Of a stretch of 30,698 nucleotides of DNA, positions 8,125 through 13,881 are shown piece after piece. Numbering within the stretch: the stretch's first letter is position 1; every line of letters begins with the position of its first letter. The stretch lies in IMG/VR virus record IMGVR_UViG_3300028293_000019, positions 1-30,698 of that record. One strand, 5' to 3'. Below the pieces are notes generated by a model. That model did no database searches. It was not told the origin of the DNA and was given only the letters and a program-made list of their open reading frames with translations. The position numbers and the translations under genes were made by a program. Origin of the DNA: a virus. Its lineage: Duplodnaviria > Caudoviricetes.

Positions 8125-9020
8125 GGGTGAGCGGCGCTGGCGAGGCTCGATAGCTTGCGGTTGAGGAATCGCACGGCGCTGTCATAGTCCACGTCGCTCA
8201 TCTCGTCGGCGTGCTTGACGTTCGCGGTACGCAGGATCGTCGCGTAGACCGTTCCGGTCTGGTTGCAGAGCTCGAGCAGCGTGTCGGAGCGGGTCTTTGC
8301 GGGCGGCCCCCCGGCGGCCGCAGCGGGTTGCGCCGGGGAGGGCGTAGACCCGAGGGGTTGCTGCGGCGCCGGGGGATTCTTGTCGGCCGGTAGGTCTTCC
8401 ATGTCCTGCGTGAAAATGTCGCTTGCCGCGGTCGTGTTGAGGACGGCCGCAACGAGGCTTCGCTTATTCGCCATCTTGAGGACGGTGTTGTACTGGTCGG
8501 CGAGATCCTCGTTCGGCGTGCGCCCGATTTCCTGCTTCTCGATCACGGGGTCGCCATCGGGGAACTTCTCGCCGCAGCCGCCCTGCTTCTTGAAGCATAG
8601 CCAGCCGCCGCCGTACTCGGCCTTGCCCTTGATGATGGTTTCCTTCGCGCAGTGCGGGCACTTGAGCTTGGATTCCCTGTAGGCGTACTTGGATTCCTTG
8701 CTCGAGCACGATCCCATGCCCGAGCCAAAGCGCTGCCCGCTCGGTATGTGGTACAGCGTGCATTTGCTGACTACGGTGTAGTGGATGCCCTCGTACTTCT
8801 CGGTGATGTCGTACTGCGGATCGAAGCGGAACGTGAGCACGAGCTTCTCGGCGCCGGCCTTGAAGAGTGAGGGTTTCTTGGTGCCGGGGATGACGCCGTA
8901 GTGCTCGCCCTCTTTCATTACGTCGCGCATGATTCCCTGGATGAGATTCACTTGCGCGCGAACGTCTAGGACGGTGAGCGCGCCCAAGCGCTGCTCGTAG
9001 GGGATAACGTCGGTCGTCAT
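8121..9020 (-). CDS. putative single-strand annealing/recombination protein with inserted Zn ribbon
   Basis: HYGVIPGTKKPSLFKAGAEKL, GSCSSKESKY, NTVLKMANKRSLVAAV...FTQDMED; CPHC...C-x6-C insert; Pro-rich linker and small C-terminal domain. Confidence 0.6.
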   Translation of the reverse strand: MTTDVIPYEQRLGALTVLDVRAQVNLIQGIMRDVMKEGEHYGVIPGTKKPSLFKAGAEKLVLTFRFDPQYDITEKYEGIHYTVVSKCTLYHIPSGQRFGSGMGSCSSKESKYAYRESKLKCPHCAKETIIKGKAEYGGGWLCFKKQGGCGEKFPDGDPVIEKQEIGRTPNEDLADQYNTVLKMANKRSLVAAVLNTTAASDIFTQDMEDLPADKNPPAPQQPLGSTPSPAQPAAAAGGPPAKTRSDTLLELCNQTGTVYATILRTANVKHADEMSDVDYDSAVRFLNRKLSSLASAAHP

Positions 9021-9313
9021 TCTGAGACCCTCCATTCAGCTTGCCACTGTTGCCAGCTGCGTTCGGTGATGTATTCGCCTCGGCGCCAGCGCATGTGTTG
9101 CGCGGGGCGGTGCTCGGCGAGCCATGCCATGAATTCCTCGTGCAGTTCGGTTGCGCGATCGGGGCCATTCATCGAGGGTGCGCCATGATGCTGCCCCGGT
9201 GATTGCGCTTCGCGCTCGGCTACCGGCGCGACGTAATGGGGATGGCTCGAATGTAGTGGCATTGTGTCCTCGCGGAAGTAGATAGCGTAGTCGGCGGCGC
9301 TGCGCGGTTTCAT
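9017..9313 (-). CDS. hypothetical protein
   Basis: ATGA-coupled at both ends; Trp-rich C-terminal half. Confidence 0.5.
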   Translation of the reverse strand: MKPRSAADYAIYFREDTMPLHSSHPHYVAPVAEREAQSPGQHHGAPSMNGPDRATELHEEFMAWLAEHRPAQHMRWRRGEYITERSWQQWQAEWRVSE

Positions 9314-9483
9314 GCCAGATGCAGTACGTAGAAGGCGCCGACCAGCATGAGGATGAAGGCGATCGCGGCGAGGAGCTCGCCGCGCGGCTTGGATTCGTGC
9401 ACGTCCAGGTACGCTTGTACGCGCGCCAAGAGCTCGTTGTCTTCGCGCTGCTTGCGCGCGGCTGCGAGGCGGGCGCTAGTCAT
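9310..9483 (-). CDS. 57-aa C-terminally anchored membrane protein, absent from ORF track
   Basis: [19 protein letters not shown]...LLAAIAFILMLVGAFYVLHLA; ATGA-coupled at both ends. Confidence 0.65.
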   Translation of the reverse strand: MTSARLAAARKQREDNELLARVQAYLDVHESKPRGELLAAIAFILMLVGAFYVLHLA

Positions 9484-10130
9484 GGCTTGAATCCTACTTC
9501 ACGCATTGGCCCTTCAAAGCATTCGTAGACAAGGACGTTGAATTCCTGCCCCGCTGCGACCCACGCTGAGTCCCACGCTGCGTCCCTCGCTGCGACCCCC
9601 GCTGCGTCCCTCGCTGCGTCCCTCGCTGCGTCCCTCGCTGCGTCCCTCGCTGCGACCCACGCTGAGTCCCACGCTGCGTCCCTCGCTGCGTCCCACGCTG
9701 CGTCCCTCGCTGCGGCCCCCGCTGCGTCCCTCAACTCTTCATTGCCAGTGGCGAGATAATCGAGCACGACATCGGGCGGATCGCTGCTCCATCGGTCAAT
9801 GCAAGAGATTGCCTGAAGGCGCGCGAAATATCGCAGCATTTCGGTTGCATCCATCTGGGCGATAGTGCGGCGACGCGCGCATACGATTTTATCGGCCTGC
9901 GTCTCGCCAACATCGGCATATTCGACAAGGCGCAGCATCTCGCCGGGTGCATATTGCAGCGCATTCCAAGGCGTGATGCCGACATGCAGGCCGGAATTGC
10001 ACATTGATAGCGTGCCCTTGAACACTTCCCACTTGCCTACGGGTGGAAGGGGCGAGCCATCGCGGAGTAGAGGGCCGGTAAAGTGCCAACCGAACTTACG
10101 CGCTGTCGCTGCGCGCAGGCGGGCGCTCAT
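9480..10130 (-). CDS. phage protein with C-x-S-G-L-H domain and AA(R/W)D tetrapeptide repeats
   Basis: MCNSGLHV...ALQYA...DKIVCARR N-terminal domain, then DAAR/DAAW repeats; ATGA-coupled start at 10130. Confidence 0.75.
   Translation of the reverse strand: MSARLRAATARKFGWHFTGPLLRDGSPLPPVGKWEVFKGTLSMCNSGLHVGITPWNALQYAPGEMLRLVEYADVGETQADKIVCARRRTIAQMDATEMLRYFARLQAISCIDRWSSDPPDVVLDYLATGNEELRDAAGAAARDAAWDAARDAAWDSAWVAARDAARDAARDAARDAAGVAARDAAWDSAWVAAGQEFNVLVYECFEGPMREVGFKP
9553..9732. repeat. 12-bp coding tandem repeat, 15 units
   Basis: Consensus GCTGCGTCCCTC; variants include GCTGCGACCCAC, GCTGAGTCCCAC and GCTGCGTCCCAC. Confidence 0.95.
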
Positions 10131-10333
10131 GGCGTAGCCTTCGGACGCGAATCCTGCGCACCACACTTTGGGCAAATGCCTGTAATGAGGATTGGACGCC
10201 ATTCCTCGCCGCATGGATTGCAGATACGCAAGCCACCATCGGAAACAGGATAGCCAAGCTGTTCCAGCGTGGGGGCTTTGGAGAATCGCCCGCCACTACG
10301 GAAAAGCCTGCGCTTATTTGCGTAGCGTTCCAT
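10127..10333 (-). CDS. small Zn-ribbon protein
   Basis: CNPC...CPKC; GGAGG SD. Confidence 0.7.
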   Translation of the reverse strand: MERYANKRRLFRSGGRFSKAPTLEQLGYPVSDGGLRICNPCGEEWRPILITGICPKCGAQDSRPKATP

Positions 10334-10451
10334 CTATGCCTCCGCGTTTTCATATGTGCGCTCAAGGATTTCAAGCCTAAATAGCGCGGGATTGAAGGGC
10401 CATTGCTCGCCGTTGAAATGCCGCACGATTCCAGTGCGTTCATTTCGCTCC

Positions 10452-10724
10452 TCACGTGTTGGCGAGTAAGGCAGATGCTGCTCTCATGGCCGATTCCGTG
10501 CGCTTCCGTTTGGCTTCGTAGGATATTTCGCTAGTGCCCATCGCGCGCAGGCAATCGCGCAATGCTTCGACAAGCTGCGGATAGGCATTGCACGCGGCAA
10601 CGATATATGCAGCATTTTGGCGTGATGCTGTTTCAGCGACGCAGCCGTATGCTGCAGCATCGCCTGCATACAAGCGCTTGCCATCTTTATCGGTGCCCCA
10701 AGGTAGCGGAGTAGCGGGTTTCAT
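10452..10724 (-). CDS. hypothetical phage protein
   Basis: TPLPW...NAAYIVAACNAYPQLVEAL, a widespread phage early-gene motif; ATGA-coupled. Confidence 0.75.
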   Translation of the reverse strand: MKPATPLPWGTDKDGKRLYAGDAAAYGCVAETASRQNAAYIVAACNAYPQLVEALRDCLRAMGTSEISYEAKRKRTESAMRAASALLANT

Positions 10725-10927
10725 CGCGGACCGCCCCATACGTCAACAGCGTGCTGGTTTATGGCGTCAGCAATAACCCAAGCGCCGCTCTCGCTCTCCG
10801 ATGTGATGATTACCTTGCCGCCCACAACGAGCATTGGATCGGGAATGCTGACGACATCGAAAACGATGCTACCGTCAGTGAGTTTAGTTTCCTTGACGCG
10901 GACCAGAACTGCGGCTGTCGTGTTCAT
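10721..10927 (-). CDS. hypothetical protein
   Basis: AGGAG SD; ETKLTDGSIVFDV motif. Confidence 0.7.
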   Translation of the reverse strand: MNTTAAVLVRVKETKLTDGSIVFDVVSIPDPMLVVGGKVIITSESESGAWVIADAINQHAVDVWGGPR

Positions 10928-10936
10928 TGTGATCTC

Positions 10937-11056
10937 CTATGCGCGGCGCGCTTGCTTGCTGCGCTTGCGGTCGCGCTCGTTTATCAACAGCATGAGAAGC
11001 GGCGCAATCAGCATGGCCGCTAGGACAATCGTATAAGCGATTTGCATGTCGTTCAC
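10937..11056 (-). CDS. 39-aa single-TM peptide, absent from ORF track
   Basis: AGGAG SD, GTG start; IAYTIVLAAMLIAPLLMLLI then a basic tail. Confidence 0.6.
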   Translation of the reverse strand: MNDMQIAYTIVLAAMLIAPLLMLLINERDRKRSKQARRA

Positions 11057-11066
11057 GGTTAGGCTC

Positions 11067-11240
11067 CTATGCGCGGCGGGTTAGGTTGCTCTTTCGTTTC
11101 TTGCGTCCGTTAATCCAGCGCAGCGCACGATACAGAGTCGATGGGCTGATGCCGAAGTGCGCGGCGACCAAATAGACCGAATCGCCGGGCTTGTACGCCC
11201 TGACGGCGTTCTCGGTTGCTGCTGATTGTCTGCCTGCCAT
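11067..11240 (-). CDS. small HTH DNA-binding protein, first gene of the leftward operon
   Basis: GDSVYLVAAHFGISPSTLYRAL is a resolvase/Hin-type HTH; no SD and ATG 7 nt after a -10 element. Confidence 0.75.
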   Translation of the reverse strand: MAGRQSAATENAVRAYKPGDSVYLVAAHFGISPSTLYRALRWINGRKKRKSNLTRRA

Positions 11241-11243
11241 AAA

Positions 11244-11276
11244 TTGCATCCTGCCACAGATTGTGGTAAGTTGCAA
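11244..11276. promoter_or_regulatory. overlapping divergent sigma70-type promoters in an imperfect 33-bp palindrome
   Basis: Plus: TTGCAT-17-TAAGTT. Minus: TTGCAA-17-CAGGAT. Both have TG extended -10. Central CCACA-gat-TGTGG. Located where the coding strand switches. Confidence 0.7.
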
Positions 11277-11283
11277 CAACAAT

Positions 11284-11568
11284 ATGAAAGTCTGCTGCTA
11301 CTGCGGGAAGCCAACTAATCGGCATCGGTCGGCGATGTATTGCCTCGCCTGCTTGGCGAAGCGAGGGCACGGTACTGCTGGATCAAAAGTGCAGCGTGCG
11401 ATAAAGCGTGGCGTTCTCTCGCACCCTAGAACGCTCTTGTGCGTCGACTGCGGGCGGCCGGCGAAATTCTACGATCACCGAGACTACGCGAAGCCGCTGG
11501 CGGTCGAGCCGGTGTGCGCGAGCTGCAATTACAAGCGCGGTCCGGGGGCGGCGGCGGCGCCCGCTTGA
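11284..11568 (+). CDS. HNH/His-Me-finger-like Zn-binding protein
   Basis: VQRAIKRGVL...CVDCG...DHRDYAKPLAVEPVCASCN, plus N-terminal CYC/CLAC. Confidence 0.65.
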   Translation: MKVCCYCGKPTNRHRSAMYCLACLAKRGHGTAGSKVQRAIKRGVLSHPRTLLCVDCGRPAKFYDHRDYAKPLAVEPVCASCNYKRGPGAAAAPA

Positions 11569-11594
11569 CAAGATAGTAAGTGCTACGGGAGAAT
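11565..11594 (+). promoter_or_regulatory. sigma70 promoter candidate
   Basis: Perfect TTGACA (11565-11570), 18-bp spacer, GAGAAT (11589-11594), just upstream of the structured leader. Confidence 0.55.
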
Positions 11595-11600
11595 AGCGGC

Positions 11601-11717
11601 GCGAAGTGGAATTCGCTGTATGAGTGGTATCGAACCCCCAAGTGGGCGGGAGCCGGGTCATCGGCGCTGCGAACCCTCCGCAGAATTCCACCCCGCCGAC
11701 TTGGGGGTTTTTCATTT
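11601..11717 (+). ncRNA. structured leader/attenuator, C4- or P4 CI-like architecture
   Basis: 17/18-bp closing stem 11633-11650/11692-11709 followed by a U tract; two internal hairpins; GAATTCCAC (11683-11691) complementary to upstream GTGGAATTC (11606-11614). Confidence 0.6.
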
Positions 11718-11914
11718 CACCTTCAGACATAGCGGCAAGGCTGCAAAAGCTAGCTCGAGGCGGCTCGAGCGAGCCCGGTCGCGACTGGGCGCAGCGGATC
11801 TTAGACCGCCATGCGCTCGGCGAGACATATCCGCCCATAGCGCTTAGATTCGCCCGGCAGGCTGTCGGCGAACCCCCATACAGTCGGGAACCCGGAAGTG
11901 ATGATGAAAACTAA
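11624..11914 (+). CDS. hypothetical protein; C-terminus resembles tails of phage replication-region proteins; start uncertain, possibly a remnant
   Basis: RDWAQRILDRHALGE...ALRFARQAVG and REPGSDDE; the N-terminal third runs through the RNA structure. Confidence 0.45.
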   Translation: MVSNPQVGGSRVIGAANPPQNSTPPTWGFFISPSDIAARLQKLARGGSSEPGRDWAQRILDRHALGETYPPIALRFARQAVGEPPYSREPGSDDEN

Positions 11915-12317
11915 GCTGCGGCCGCATGTGCCAGCAATCATTGCCCATGTGGCAAAGCTGGATGAACCTTGGGCTGCAGCCCTGATCGAGCACCTGCGGC
12001 ATGTTGCGGCGGTCTGTGATGCGAGAACAGAGTGGGCTGCCGTGGTGCGCCGCGAGCGCTCAGAATCGATCAGAGAGAGCATAAGGCTCGCGATAGGCTC
12101 CCTGCCCAACGGGCGCTGTACGGCGAGCATTGTCTTGCGAAGGATGCAAATCAAAGGGCCGGGGTTCTACGGCCTGAAGAAGGTTCCGAGCCTTCCAACG
12201 ATTAGAGCGGTATTGAGAACCCGAAGCGAGGGCGGGCAAACCCTTGCGCCTGATCTCCCGAGACAAGCCGGGACCCGGATCGCTGGTAGGAGTGGGTATT
12301 CGAGCACCCCAGCGTAA
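11901..12317 (+). CDS. hypothetical basic protein, possible wHTH regulator
   Basis: Overlaps the previous stop; TASIVLRRM...VPSLPTIRAVL looks HTH-like; the last ~30 codons overlap the structured RNA. Confidence 0.5.
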   Translation: MMKTKLRPHVPAIIAHVAKLDEPWAAALIEHLRHVAAVCDARTEWAAVVRRERSESIRESIRLAIGSLPNGRCTASIVLRRMQIKGPGFYGLKKVPSLPTIRAVLRTRSEGGQTLAPDLPRQAGTRIAGRSGYSSTPA

Positions 12318-13065
12318 ACCGTCCTAATCCGGCCGCCGGCGAAGACAATCGGCACGCAACCCGGAATTCCCATGTAACCCGCCAGTAGCGACCCGAGAGG
12401 GTGCCGCGCGAAGGGAATCGACGGATAGAGGCTTCGAAAGCGCTTCAAAGGCTACCGACCCTGCGGGCTAAACCTATGGTTAAACCCTTGCAGGAGCGCG
12501 CCCGGCGCCTTGCAGATCCGCCATGGCACCTTGGGGTGCCGGCGGACTGAGGCGCCGCGCTCAGGCGACTGTAAACGATCCTCGCAGTACGCTGCCGCGC
12601 TACTGAACGCCCACGTCCAACACGCGGCGCGCCTCGCACCTGCCCTGCAGCACCTCAAGCACTAAATGTAGCCTTAGACGCCCTCAAACGCGCATTCGAG
12701 CCCATATTTAGTAGGTCGCACTGGGTTCCACGTGGAACCATGGAGCTCGGGTTTGACTGGGAATTATCTCATTCTTTGGCCTCAAATGCCGCATGGTGGA
12801 CCGCACCTAGCGTAAGCTCTTGATACTGCTGGATTGTGCGGTCGCACAACCTAGAATGGTCATTATGTCAAATGCCTTGGGTGAGCGCTTACTGACCTTG
12901 GGATGGTCGGTGCGATGGACATGGGCGCTGTGAGGCGTCGGCACCCACCATCTGGTACCCAAAAAAGAGCGGAGGTAACTGCTACACTCTTCATCGTCCA
13001 AAGCCTGGTGGCCTGTCTGTTGGCTTCTCCGAGCGTGTGCGCAGCGTCGGGCTTTGGGCACCACC
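12225..13065 (+). ncRNA. candidate large structured non-coding RNA (or RNA array)
   Basis: No credible ORF from 12318 to 13065; many nested helices with G-U pairs; GAGA tetraloop; AGUA/GAA loop-E motif; 3' end ACCACCA abuts the tRNA. Boundaries approximate. Confidence 0.6.
12724..12739. promoter_or_regulatory. parS-like site 1
   Basis: Perfect 16-bp palindrome GGTTCCACGTGGAACC, matching the chromosomal parS consensus GTT(T/C)CACGTG(A/G)AAC. Confidence 0.75.
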
Positions 13066-13142
13066 AGGCCACTAGCTCAAGCGGGTAGAGCACTCGGCTC
13101 TTAACCGAGAGGTTGCCGGTTCGAGGCCGGCGTGGCCTACCA
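13066..13142 (+). tRNA. tRNA-Lys (anticodon CTT)
   Basis: Acceptor AGGCCAC/GTGGCCT, D arm GCTC/GAGC, anticodon arm CTCGG-CTCTTAA-CCGAG, T arm GCCGG-TTCGAGG-CCGGC, discriminator A, encoded CCA. Confidence 0.95.
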
Positions 13143-13158
13143 GGTTTCACGTGGAACT
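13143..13158. promoter_or_regulatory. parS-like site 2
   Basis: GGTTTCACGTGGAACT begins immediately after the tRNA CCA; core GTTTCACGTGGAAC. Confidence 0.7.
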
Positions 13159-13186
13159 TGACGCCGTGCACTGTAAGCGTTACAAG
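13158..13186 (+). promoter_or_regulatory. promoter candidate for the glycosylation/late operon
   Basis: TTGACG-17-TACAAG (weak -10), 8 nt before the SD-less ATG at 13195. Confidence 0.35.
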
Positions 13187-13194
13187 GCTGATCC

Positions 13195-13368
13195 ATGCAG
13201 CACACGCTGACGGTGGTGTTGAGTTTCCCGATTGCGCGGGTGAAGGCGGAAGAAGTGCTCGAGCACTACTGGAAGCGCCGGGGCGAGAAGAAGCTCTACA
13301 TGCGGGAGTACAGGAAGCCCAAGCCCCGCGCTGTGAATGCGGTGCGCCAGGTGGTGACGGGATCGTGA
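13195..13368 (+). CDS. 57-aa basic hypothetical protein, absent from ORF track
   Basis: MQHTLTVVLSFPIARVKAEEVLEHYWKRRGEKKLYMREYRK...; GTGA-coupled to the next gene. Confidence 0.55.
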   Translation: MQHTLTVVLSFPIARVKAEEVLEHYWKRRGEKKLYMREYRKPKPRAVNAVRQVVTGS

Positions 13369-13673
13369 AGATAAACGGCCACGCGCGAAAGGATCATCTT
13401 GGGAATGTCCTTCGCGTCGTGACCGAGGAGCAATTATTCGGAATAGAGCGGGAACGAAGGCTCGATAAGGGATTACGCGAGCGCGCCTACTACTGCAATC
13501 GGGCTCAGTACGTTCAAAGGCGCGGGACCGGCAACACGATCGCCGACAAGGAAGCGCGCTGGCCCAAGTGGCGCCTTCCAACGCCCGGCTGGCTTGCGCC
13601 GGCGCTTCACACACTCAGCGTGACGATCTCGACCGTCTGGGGGATCTGCGGGCAGAGGGCGGAAATCGAGTGA
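13365..13673 (+). CDS. hypothetical protein
   Basis: GTG 13365 overlaps the upstream TGA; 102 aa. Confidence 0.5.
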   Translation: MKINGHARKDHLGNVLRVVTEEQLFGIERERRLDKGLRERAYYCNRAQYVQRRGTGNTIADKEARWPKWRLPTPGWLAPALHTLSVTISTVWGICGQRAEIE

Positions 13674-13689
13674 TCGAAGATCGCGCAGC

Positions 13690-13881
13690 ATGACCTACCA
13701 GCAGGAACTCTCGCAGGATCGATACGCGCAGGCCGTGCTCTCGATCAAAGGGAAGTTCTCGGCCGCGCAGCTGGACCGGGCAGCGCACCTCCTCTGGCTC
13801 GCCGAGCTTGAGCGCGGAAAGTTCTTCGGTGAGCAGCACTTACTTCAGGAAGCAAGAAGAATTCTCAGGGAAATAGGGTGA
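13690..13881 (+). CDS. hypothetical helical protein
   Basis: 63 aa, GC3-rich codons, coupled to the kinase gene. Confidence 0.6.
   Translation: MTYQQELSQDRYAQAVLSIKGKFSAAQLDRAAHLLWLAELERGKFFGEQHLLQEARRILREIG

Noticed and set aside
9553-9732. Possible CRISPR array or iterons
   Set aside because: Contiguous 12-bp units with no spacers, in frame within a protein-coding gene.
12222-12234. 13-bp match CGAAGCGAGGGCG shared with 27788-27800
   Set aside because: Matches of this length are expected by chance in 30 kb of GC-rich DNA.
12560-12595. Group I intron core (CAGGCGACTGTAAACG resembles an R element)
   Set aside because: No matching S element or P7 partner found and no interrupted gene flanks the region.
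12996-13066. tmRNA, SRP RNA or a second tRNA ending in CCA
   Set aside because: No T-arm (GTTCRA) before the CCA, no cloverleaf, and no SRP CAGG/GNRA/AGCA core.
12903-13088. Short ORFs across the 12.4-13.1 kb region
   Set aside because: No SD or coupling, atypical composition, and they overlap the tRNA or strong helices.
13066-13142. tRNA as prophage attachment site or host boundary
   Set aside because: Phage-type genes lie on both sides, no integrase is adjacent and no duplicated tRNA 3' end is seen.
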